Positions 49,842 through 60,640 of a stretch of DNA of 64,000 bases are shown here, one piece after another. The notes beneath the pieces are model-generated. The model made no database searches. It was not told the DNA's origin and saw nothing but the letters and a program-made list of their open reading frames with translations. Origin of the DNA: Mobula hypostoma (lineage: Eukaryota); assembly GCF_963921235.1 (NCBI RefSeq), contig NC_086108.1, positions 80,602,001 to 80,666,000 on the forward strand, written 5' to 3'. Each line of letters opens with the position of its first letter. The first letter of the stretch is position 1. The translations under genes were made by a program, and so were the position numbers.

Positions 49842-52800
49842 CCGGAGGGTTCCTGTACTGTGGAAAACGTCCTGCCTCGTCCCTGAGCCGAAGACGCCGT
49901 GCCCCAGCGGCCTCAATGACTACAGACCAGCGGCATTGACCTCCCACATCATGAAGACCCTGGAGAGACTTGTTCTGGAGCTGCTCCAGCCTATGGTCAG
50001 GCCACACTTAGATCCCCTCCAGTTTGCCTACCAGTCCCGACTAGGAGTTGAGGATGCCATCGTCTACCTGCTGAACCGTGTCTACACCCACTTGGACAAG
50101 CCAGTGAGCACTGTGAGGGTCACGTTTTTTGACTTCTCCAGCACGTTCAACACCATCCGCCCTGCTCTGCTGGAGGAGAAGCTGACAGCGATGCAGGGGG
50201 ATGCTTCCCTGGTATCATGGATCCTTGATTACCTGACTGGCAGACCACAGTACGTGTGCTTGCAACACTGTGTGTCCGACAGAGTGATCAGCAGCACTGG
50301 GGCTCCACAGGGGACTGTCTTGTCTCCCTTTCTTTTCACCATTTACACCTCAGACTTCAACTACTGCACAGAGTCTTGTCATCTTCAGAAGTTTTCGCAT
50401 GACTCTGCCATAGTTGGATGCATCAGCAAGGGAGATGAGGCTGAGTACAGGGCTACGGTAGGAAACTTTGTCACATGGTGTGAGCAAAATTATCTGCAGC
50501 TTAATGTGAAAGAGACTAAAGAGCTGGTGGTAGACCTGAGGAGAGCTAAGGCACTGGTAACCCCTGTTTCCATCCAGGGGTTCAGTGTGGACATGGTGGA
50601 GGATTACAAATACCTAGGGATACGAATTGACAATAAACTGGACTGGTCAAAGAACACTGAGGCTGTCTACAAGAAGGGTCAGAGCCGTCTCCATTTCCTG
50701 AAGAGACTGAGGTCCTTTAACATCTGCCGGATGATGCTGAGGATGTTCTACGAGTCTGTGGTGGCCAGTGCTATCATGTTTGCTGTTGTGTGCTGGGGCA
50801 GCAGGCTGAGGGTAGCAGACACCAACAGAATCAACAAACTCATTCGTAAGGCCAGTGATGTTGTGGGGATGGAACTGGACTCTCTCACGGTGGTGTCTGA
50901 AAAGAGGATGCTGTCTAAGTTGCATGCCATCTTGGTCAATGTCTCCCATCCACTACATAATGTACTGGATGGGCACAGGAGTACATTCAGTCAGAGACTC
51001 ATTCCACCGAGATGCAGCACAGAGCGTCATAGGAAGTCATTCCTGCCTGTGGCCATCAAACTTTACAACTCCTCCCTTGGAGGGTCTGACACCCTGAGCC
51101 AATAAGTTGGTCCTGGACTTATTTCATAATTTACTGGCATAATTTACATATTACTATTTAACTATTTTAGAGTGCAAAGTTTGTATGTTCCTGTCAGGAT
51201 TAAAGGCAAATTGAATAGGAATAAGGAACCTTGGTTCTCAAGGGATATTGCAACTCTGATAAAGAAGTAGAGAGAGTTGTATGAAATGTATAGGAAACAG
51301 GGGGTAAATCAGGTGCTTGAGGAGTATAAAAAGTGCAAGAAAATACTTAAGAAAGAAATCAGGAGGGCTAAAAGAAGACATGAGGTTGCCTTGGCAGTCA
51401 AAGTGAAAGATAATCCAAAGAGCTTTTACAAGTATATTAAGAGCAAAAGGATCATAAGGGATAAAATTGGTCCTCTTGAAGATCAGAGTGGTCGGCTTTG
51501 TGCGGAACCAAAGGAAATGGGGGAGATCTTAAATAGGTTCTTTGCGTCTGTATTTACTAAGGAAGCTGGCATGAAATCTATGGAATTGAGAGAATCAAGT
51601 ACTGAGACCATGGAAACTGTACAGATTGAAAAGGAGGAGGTGCTTGCTGTCTTGAGGAAAATTAAAGTGGATAAATCCCCGGGACCTGACAGAGTGTTCC
51701 CTCAGACCTTGAAGGAGACTAGTGTTGAAATTGCGGGGGCCCTGGCAGAAATATTTAAAATGTCGCTGTCTACGGGTGAAGTGCCAGAGGATTGGAGAGT
51801 GGCTCATGTTGTTCCGTTGTTTAAAAAAGGATCGAAAAGTAATCCGGGAAATTATAGGCCGGTGAGTTTAACGTCAGTAGTAGGTAAGTTATTGGAGGGA
51901 GTACTAAGAGACAGAATCTACAAGCATTTGGATAGACAGGGGCTTATTAGGGAGAGTCAACATGGCTTTGTGCGTGGTAGGTCATGTTCGACCAATCTGT
52001 TGGAGTTTTTCGAGGTTACCAGGAAAGTGGATGAAGGGAAGGCACTGGATATTGTCTACATGGACTTCAGTAAGACCTTTGACAAGGTCCCGCATGGGAG
52101 GTTAGTTAGGAAAATTCAGTCGCTAGGTATACATGGAGAGGTGGTAAATTGGATTAGACATTGGCTCAATGGAAGAAACCAGAGAGTGGTGGTAGAGAAT
52201 TGCTTCTCTGAGTGCAGTGGTGTGCCACAGGGATCAGTGCTGGGTCCATTGTTATTTGTCATCTATATCAATGATCTGGATGATAATGTGGTAAATTGGA
52301 TCAGCAAGTTTGCTGATGATACAAAGGTTGGAGGTGTAGTAGACAGTGAGGAAGGTTTTCAGAGCCTGCAGAGGGACTTGGACCAGCTGGAAAAATGGGC
52401 TGAAAAATGGCAGATGGAGTTTAATACTGACAAGTGTGAGGTATTGCACGTTGGAAGGACAAACCAACGTAGAACATACAGGGTTAATGGTAAGGCACTG
52501 AGGAGTGCAGTGGAACAGAGGGATCTGGGAATACAGATACAAAATTCCCTATAAGTGTCATCACAGGTAGATAGGGTCGTAAAGAGAGCTTTTGGTACAT
52601 TGGCCTTTATTAATCGAAGTATTGAGTAGAAGAGCTGGAATGTTATGATGAGGTTGTATAAGGCACTGGTGAGGCTGAATCTGGAGTATTGTGTTCAGTT
52701 TTTGGTCACCAAATTACAGGAAGGATATAAATAAGGTTGAAAGAGTGCAGAGAAGGTTTACAAGGATGTTGCCGGGACTTGAGAAACTCAGTTACAGAGA

Positions 52801-53322
52801 AAGGTTGAATAGGTTAGGACTTTATTCCCTGGAGCGTAGAAGAATGAGGGGAGACTTGACAGAGGTATATAAAATTATGATGGGTATAGATAGAGTGAAT
52901 GCAAGCAGGCTTTTTCCACTGAGGCAAGGGAAGAAAAAAACCAGAGGACATGGGTTAAGGGTGAGGGGGGAAACGTTTAAAGGGAACATTAGGGGGGGCT
53001 TCTTCACACAGAGAGTGGTGGGAGTATGGAATGAGCTGCCAGACAAGGTGGTAAATGCGGGTTCTTTTTTAACATTTAAGAATAAATTGGACAGATACAT
53101 GGATGGGAGGTGTATGGAGGGATATGGTCCGTGTGCAGGTCAGTGGGACTAGGCAGAAAATGGTTCGGTACAGCCAAGAAGGGCCAAAGGGCCTGTTTCT
53201 GTGCTGTAGTTTCTATGGTTCTATGGTTCTATGGTTCTATTACTATTTATTATTTTTGGTGCAACTGTAATGAAAACCAATTTCCCCCGGGATCAATAAA
53301 GTATGACTATGACTATGACTAC
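49842..53322 (+). mobile_element. Young Rex/Babar LINE (RT plus C-terminus) whose 3'UTR is split by a CR1 insertion
   Basis: ORF 49936-51105 (389 aa) has DPLQFAY, FFDFSSTFN and GAPQGTVLSP; the catalytic motif reads FSHD instead of xxDD. The 3'UTR resumes at ~53238 and ends in (ATGACT)n. Confidence 0.93.
51169..53239 (+). mobile_element. 5'-truncated CR1 LINE (~2.07 kb) nested in the Rex 3'UTR
   Basis: ORFs 51277-52554 and 52691-53152 carry full RT motifs (FADDTK). (TTCTATGG)n tail. Confidence 0.95.
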
Positions 53323-53329
53323 TATTCAA

Positions 53330-53890
53330 GACAACGTACAGCAGAAAACCAGGCCCTATGGCCCAACGAGCAAAATACCTGTCCACGCTAATCCCATTTG
53401 CCCATGTTTGGCCCTTATCCTTCCAAACAATTCCTCCGCTTGTACCTGCCCAAATGTCTTTCAAATGTTGTAATTGTACCCAACTTGATCAGCTTGTTCT
53501 ATATACCGTTTTCAGCACTCTCTATGTTAATAACCTGTCCCTCTGATCATCTGTAATTCTTTCCCCTCTCACCTTAACCTAATGCCTTCTAGTTTTAGAT
53601 TCATCTACCCTGGGGAAAAATGCTATGACTATCTACCCTAACAGTGCTCCTCATGATTTTACATACCTCTACAATGTTTAAGAGGAACATGAGAGGAAAC
53701 TTCTTCACTCAAAGCATGGTGAGGATGTGGAATGATCGGCCAGCACAAGTGGTGGATGCAATTTTGATTTCAACGTTATGGAGGGCTATGGTCTGGGTGC
53801 AGGTCGATGGTACTTGGCTGTTTAAATGTTTCGGCACAGACTAGATGGGCCAAAGGGCCTGTTTCTGTGCTGTAGTTTTCTATGATTCTT
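53330..53890. mobile_element. Two oppositely oriented old CR1 3' remnants joined head to head
   Basis: A minus-strand remnant at ~53330-53672 and a plus-strand remnant at ~53675-53890 (FKRNMRGNFFTQ). Confidence 0.65.
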
Positions 53891-54959
53891 TGACTCAATA
53901 AGGCCTCCTCCTGAGGCCCATTCTCTCCTTCCTTCTCCTTCCTGTGCTTTATTCTAATCTATGTAGCTTCTGTATTCTAATCTATGTAGCTTCCAGTCAA
54001 TCACTATACCAAGGAGAATGCAAAGCGGTATATTTTCACTTGAGAGTAGGTTTGTGTAGAAACCAACAGGATCAGCAAACTCTTCAGTACCTGTCACACC
54101 CCACTGCCTGTAGACTTCCACTGCTTGAAAGAAGAAATTGTCAGACACTGGCAGAATCATGCCAACACCCAGTTGGCAGCACGATACAGAAGGAATCAAT
54201 CAGCAACATAGAAACATATAAAACCTACAGCACAATACAGGCCCTTCGGCCCACAAAGCTGTGCCAAACATGTCCTTACCTTAGAAATTAGGTAGGGTTA
54301 CAACTAAGCACGTCTTTTTCAATAAATAGAGTTGTTGGCAGAGTACATATTTAATTATGTGACAATAACGGAAAGGCATTATTTTGTCTAAAATGGCAAC
54401 AATAATGTCAACATGGATGATTTGTTGTACTATATAGGAACAGTACCAGGCCACTCGGCCCATATCTGCCAGCCTCCTCACTACTGTTCTCTAGCACTAT
54501 TTCCTCAACAGTTTTGCAATGTGCTCCACAGTCATCAGCTTTATGAGGGAATGAAGGGCATTTGTAGTTTCCAAAGCATGAATGAATATGGTTCAAACAC
54601 CACTGGAATGCTGTGCCCAATTTTGCACTTTAGGAAGGCCTTGAGAAAAGAAGTGTTATAATGCCTTTTAAAAGGGGAGCTGGAGGATACCAGCAATATA
54701 GGAAACCAAAATGCTAAGATACTGAATGCTGAAAATAGGGAGATAAAAGTGTAGGACCTCAAGAGGCAGTAATCCTATAGGGTCTAAATTTGAATGACAG
54801 GGAATGGGAACTGGAGCTGGACGATAGATGGTCAGCAACCAGGAGAGAAATTAAACTCTAAGAGAGAAAGCTAAGGGGGCTAGCAGAGAAAACAAAGCCA
54901 AGAAACAAACAGAACTAGAGCTGAAAAGATGCTACGAAGGATAATAACGTTGAAAATAC

Positions 54960-55110
54960 AAGACAATAGCCATGGTGTCTGAATGCACAGAGCCCTTTCA
55001 ACAAGGGAGGTAATTAACAGCTCAGATAGATATATAAAGATATTGTATTGTTGCCATTACAGAGACATGGCTGAAGGGTGACCAAGAATGAGAACTTAAC
55101 TTTCCCTGAA
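54960..55110 (+). mobile_element. Old CR1 ORF2 N-terminal (APE endonuclease) remnant
   Basis: CLNAQS...IVAITETWLKGDQE, a remnant of the APE domain. Confidence 0.6.
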
Positions 55111-56999
55111 TTAACATGTTGGAAACGACTTCTTAACCCCCCTGCTGTCAGATTTCTGAATGGTCCATGAACCCATGAACACTATTTTGCTCTCTCTTTG
55201 CACTATATGTTTCTTATAGTAATTTTTAATTTATTCTACTGCACTGCTGACACAAAACAACAGATTTCATGACATGTGTCAGTGATAATCAACCTGATAG
55301 GTTCTGATTAACATTCTGATGCGGAATTTCAACCCAAAACATCAGCAATTCCTTTCCTCCCATAAATGCCATTCGTCCTGCTGAATTCTTCCTGTATTTG
55401 CTTTGTTTCTGCACATTCTGGCATCTGCAGTCTCTTGTATCTCCTAGGATTAACATAATTATGGACTCTGTGTTTAGATTCTACAGTAGAGAAACTGCAA
55501 TGAGTTTGCACTTCTCTGCTGAATTTGATGTGGTGTCCAACACTAGCTAGTCAACAAAGCCCCAGCAAAGACTTGTCAGAAGGATTAGGACTCCATTTTC
55601 ACACAGGAAGCCTATGGGGGTTTGCCGCAAGCTTGTCACAGAACTGTCAACATGTTGCAGACCAGAAATTTTAATCTGATTTATTATTACTTTACTACAT
55701 CGGTTTCAGTGTACACTCAATAATGTACTGACATTTTCAGTTATCTCTTGCACAAGATTAACTAAACTTACAAGAATTGTTTGAGGGGCAGGTGGTAGAA
55801 AAAATTTTCTGAGCTGTTTCGATTTTTGAATTAATTCTAATTTTTATAAGCTCCTACCTCACTGCTCTCCCCAACATTCAATACCTTGTACTGGATGGTT
55901 GCACCCTTTACTCTTACTATACATATCTCACAGGAGATTATTACTCTGGGAGGTCATTCTACCTGTTTCTCACCCACACCAGTCTTGAGCTGTGCAGAAT
56001 TTTACATGTGAACAAATCCTCCATCCTTTTAGGTGTTGTCCCACTGGAATAGGGCAGGAAAGTGGAAACTGTTACTGTACATGACATTAGCTGCTTGATT
56101 ACCCAACACAGAAGAAACAGTGTTCGGAACATTCCAACAGGTGGGTGAGCAGACATATGCACCACATGGTGCCTGAACAAGTGGCTTCATCAAGTCATTT
56201 AAGAAAAACAAACCCAATGCTGGTGCTAAAGATTATTTTATTTTTGTGGGTTGCGTCTTGGAAGGACGAGGGCAGGGCAGTGGGTGTACAGGAGAATGAG
56301 TAATTCACTACACAGAATTTATTTTCCCCCAAGGTTACATGTTGTCATGGAATGATATAGGTGGATGGTACATGTTTCAGCTTTGTTTGGTCTACAGTTA
56401 TCAACGGTGATCTCACGTAACGACAGAACAGCCTTGAAGGGTGGTATGAACTTATCCCATTTCAGATCCCAATATTGGGATTCTACAAAGACATCAGCAC
56501 TTTCTCAAGTCTTTATGGTAATACAAAATATAGTGTTTTAAAATAGATTGGGGCTACCTGTAACAATAACTTTCAAAAGCTCTTTACCTTTTAGTAGAGA
56601 ACGATACATAATCAGATAAAGCTCTTGCTTTTGTGGGAAGGCAGTCATATCTCATTCTGCAGCAAGTAGCGTATTAGAAACTAGGTCATATGTTTCTGGT
56701 GCATCATTTATGACTTTTTAATGTTAGCGTAGGTGCTAACAATTTTCACCTGAGTCAGAAAATTCTGGGTTGAAGACCAGATCCAGGGATGAGGACACAA
56801 AATTCAAGGCACTGCAAGAGTGCTTCACCGCCCAAGGGATTGGGTTTCAGAAAAAATGTTTCACCACAGCTGTGTCCGCTCTTTCACAAAGACCTCAATG
56901 ACATTATTAAGAAAATTAACAGGGGGATCTTACAGACCGTAGATACAGATGCCCCTGCTCCACCATTCAACAGGATTATGTCTGATCACCCACTGGGGT

Positions 57000-57880
57000 A
57001 TCACAGGTTCACCACATCTAGTTGAAGAAATTTCTCTTGCACTTGGCTCGAGGTAGCGCACCCGTATCCTGAGGCCATGAACCCTGGTTCTTGACTCTCC
57101 GTCTATCTGGACATCTTTCCTATATCCAAATCTGTTAAAATTTTACATCGATTTCTATGAGATCCCATTTATACTCCAGAGAATATAAGACTATCAATCC
57201 ATTCTCTTCTCAAATATCAATCCTGCCACCCAGGGAATCACTCCAGTAAACTTTTGATGCATTCCTTCTATGGAAAGTTCATCTTTCCTGAGACAAGGAG
57301 ACTAAAATTATGTATAAAATTGCAGATGATGTGTCACCAAAACCCTGTACAGCTGTATTAGGGCATCCTTGAACCTACCAACAAATGCTCTTACAATGAT
57401 GGCCATCTGACCACTTACCTTACTAACTACTTTCAATTTGAGCCCTTGTTTTCAGGGCTTTTTTTGTACAAGGATATCCAGGTGTCACTGCACCTTTTCT
57501 TTTCTCTAAGTATCACCACTCAAGTAATATTCAACATTTCTGCTTTAAGAACCAAAGTGGATGACCTCACATTTTTCACAATGAGCTGAATCTGCCCTGC
57601 ATTTACCTACCAGTCCAATTTGTCTTAATTATATTGGAGCCTCTCTGCATCTTCCTCAAGTGAGTTGCTGGGGCAAAAGCACTGAACCATGTGGCAACGT
57701 CTTCATCTCTGCCTACCATCCAGAAAAAGACTAGTTTATTCCCAGTCTGATTTCCTGTTCATCTTCTAATTCCCAATCTGCTCATCTGTTCCTCAATCTT
57801 GCATGCTTCCACATTTGCCTCTTATGTGGGACCTATTAAAACTCTTTTTAAGATCCACATCCACAGGTTCTCCCTTAGCT
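57000..57880 (-). mobile_element. Old degraded CR1 remnant
   Basis: Degenerate reverse-strand CR1 RT and C-terminal motifs (e.g. CEVIHFG at ~57555-57577). Confidence 0.6.
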
Positions 57881-58146
57881 CCATTAATTACCCTAACACT
57901 ATTTCTCTATTAATACTGATTAATTACCCTAATATGCTGTCTCTGGCCCCTTGCTTCCCTGTCGGACCTGGAGGTTATTTGCCTTCTCACAGGAAAACAC
58001 GGCAGCCATCAGGGAACAGACAACTGTTTTGCAGGAGCTACCAGTAAGGTGTTTGAAACTTCTGTGCTATCATGCAATCTGTTTCCCAACAGATTTGCAC
58101 ACTGTTGTTTGTTCAGTCTTATGAAAGCCCCAGTGACACTATAGAA

Positions 58147-58196
58147 CCGGGGTTCCAAACCTTTGCATGCCATGGACCCCAGGTTGGAAACCCTTG
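58147..58196. mobile_element. 50-bp hAT micro-MITE
   Basis: Inverted termini ccggggttccaaacct and aggttggaaacccttg. The 8-bp flanks CTATAGAA and CTATAAAA differ by one mismatch. Confidence 0.7.
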
Positions 58197-58609
58197 CTAT
58201 AAAACTGGAGTTCAAATTCAAGTTTAGTGTCACCTGACTGTACATGTATGCAACTGAATGAAAAAATGTTTCCCCAGACCATGGTGCACCCACAAAACAT
58301 ATATCACACATCGGACATATAAACAAAATACTACCACAAATAAGTTAATAAAATGTAATTCAAAATGTATATGAAGTGCACAGCACAGGTAAAGAGTAAA
58401 CAGCTTGCTGTCTTAGTAATGAGACCACAGCGGTGGCAAGGTATTCATTAGCCTCACAGCCAGAGGGAAGAAGTTGTTACCCAGTCTGGCAGTCCTGGTC
58501 CTGATGCTCCTGTACCTCCTTCCTGATGGTAATGGATCAAAGAGATTGTGGGATGGGTGGTGGGGATCCCCACCGATGCTTTGGGCCCTTCGTATACAGG
58601 CTCCTGGTA

Positions 58610-58892
58610 GGGCACGGCAGTAGCGTAGTGGTTAACGTGTGCTATTACAGCTCAGGACATTAAGAGCTCAGAGTTCAATTCCAATGTCATCTGTAAGGAG
58701 TTTGCACATCTTCCCCATGAACGCATTCGTTTCCTCCCACAGTTCAAAGGTGTAATAGTTAGTTAATAGGCTAATTGGTTATGTAAATCATTCCATGGTT
58801 AGGCTAAGGTTAAATCAGTGGGTTGCTGGTGATGCGGCTCGAAGGGCCAGAAGGGGCTATTCCACATTGTATTTCTAAATAAGCAAAATAAC
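58610..58892 (+). mobile_element. tRNA-derived SINE (HE1/V-SINE-like) with a CR1-like tail
   Basis: A box TAGCGTAGTGG, B box GAGTTCAATTCC, core tctgtaaggagtttg...tttcctcccacagttcaaag, and tail gaagggccagaagggg...taaataa. Confidence 0.8.
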
Positions 58893-59271
58893 ATTTTTTA
58901 AATGTCACAAATATGGAGGAAGGGAGACCCCAGTGATCCACTCGGTGGATTTTACTATCCTTTGTAGGACCTTATGGACCAATACCTTGCAGTTTCTGTA
59001 CCACACGATGCAGCCAGATAGGGTACTCCTGTAGAAAGTTGTTAGAATGAGGGCGGGAAGCCTTACATGTCTCAATCTCCTCAGAAAGTGTAGGTGCTTC
59101 TGTGTTTTCTTAACTAGTGAGGAGATGTTGCGGATCCAGGTTAAATTGTCCATTATGTGCACAACAAGGAAATTTGGCCTTTTCACTCTCTCCACGGCGG
59201 AGTCATTGATTTGTGATGGAGTGTGGTGGAGTTGCAACCTCCTGTAGTCCAATCATCTCCTTTGTCTTGTT

Positions 59272-60640
59272 AGAATCAGTCTAAGTTTTAATATCATTGG
59301 CATATGTCATAAAGTTTGTTGTTTTGCAGCAGAAGTACATTGCAATACATAATAAAAAGCCATGAATTACAATAAGTATATTAAAATTAAATGAAATAAA
59401 TAATGCAAAAAAGAGAGAGAAATAGTGAAGCAGTGTTCATGGGTTCATTGCCCATACAGAAATCTGATGGCAGAGGGGAAGAAGCTACTCCTGAAATGCT
59501 GAGTGTGAGTCTTCAAGCTCATGTACCTCCTACTCAGTGGTAGCAGTGAGAAGAGAGCATATCCTGATGGGGTCCTCGATGGATGCCGTCTTTTTGAGGC
59601 ATTGCCTTTTGAGGGTGCCCTTAATACTAGGGAGGCAAGTACCCACGATGGAGCTGGCTGAGTTTACAACGTTCTGCGGCATTTTCCGATCCCGTGCAGT
59701 GGTCCTCTCCATACCAGACAGTGATGCAGCCAGTTAGAATGCTCTCCATGGCACATCTGCAGAAATTTGCAAGAGTCTGGTGACATGTCAAATCTCCTCA
59801 AACTCCTAATGAAATATAGTTGCTGTCATGCCTTCTTTGTAATTGTATCAATACGTTGGGCCCAGGATAGATCTTCAGAGATTTGACACCCAGGGACTTG
59901 AAATTGCACACCACTCAACAAGGACTGATGTGTGTTCCCTCAGCTTACCCTTCTTGAAGTCCACAATTAATTCTTTGGTCTTACTGAGGATAAGTGCCAG
60001 GTTGCTGTTGCTGTTACCACTCAACCAACTGGTCTACCTCACTCCTGTATGGCTCCTCATTTCCATCTGAAATTTGGCCAACAATAGTTGTGTTGTCGGT
60101 ATATTTATACATGGCATTTGGACTGTGGCTAGCCACACAGTCATGGGTGCAGAGCAGTGGACTAAACATGCCAGTGTTGATTGTCAGTGAGGAGGAGATG
60201 TTACTTCCGATTTGCACCAATTGTGCTGTCCTGGTGAGGAAGTCAAGGATCCAGATGCAGAGGAAGGTTTAGGAGCCCAGGTTGTACAGCTTGTTGATTA
60301 GAACTGTTGGTATGATTGCGTTGAATGCTGAGCTGTAATCAATAAACAGCAGCCTGACGTAGGTACTATTGTCCAGATGACCCAAGGCCAAGTGGAGGAC
60401 CAAGGAGATCCACTGTAGACCTTTTGTAACACCAAGCAAATTGCAGTGGTTCCAGGTCCACGTTTAGGCAGGAGTGGATTCTGGCCAAGACCAACCTCTC
60501 GTTGCACTTCATCAGAGTAGATGTGAGGGCAACTGATCAACTGCTCACCCTGCTCTCCTTGGGCACTGGTATGATTGTCGCTCTTTTGAAGCGGGTGGGA
60601 ACCTCTGCCTGAAGCACTGAGAGTTTGAAGAGAGTACGGT
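59272..60640 (-). mobile_element. Second Rex/Babar LINE RT fragment nested in the same orientation
   Basis: EVPTRFKRATIIPVPK, ISSSLTINTG and YTDNTT motifs, with a GATTCT-type tail at 59272. Confidence 0.8.

Noticed and set aside
49936..51105. 389-aa ORF as a domesticated or active RT gene
   Set aside because: It is a 5'-truncated LINE, the catalytic DD is mutated to HD, and a near-identical copy elsewhere in the window indicates a recent TE.
53950..53993. Two-copy 23-bp tandem repeat
   Set aside because: An ordinary local slippage duplication, not an array.
56715..56935. Possible ancient Deu-domain SINE remnant (similar hint at ~3040-3290)
   Set aside because: Too degenerate to support by eye; it needs a profile-HMM search.
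57940..57975. Collagen-like PPGPTGKQGAR on the minus strand
   Set aside because: Only about three Gly-X-Y triplets before the pattern breaks; a chance match.
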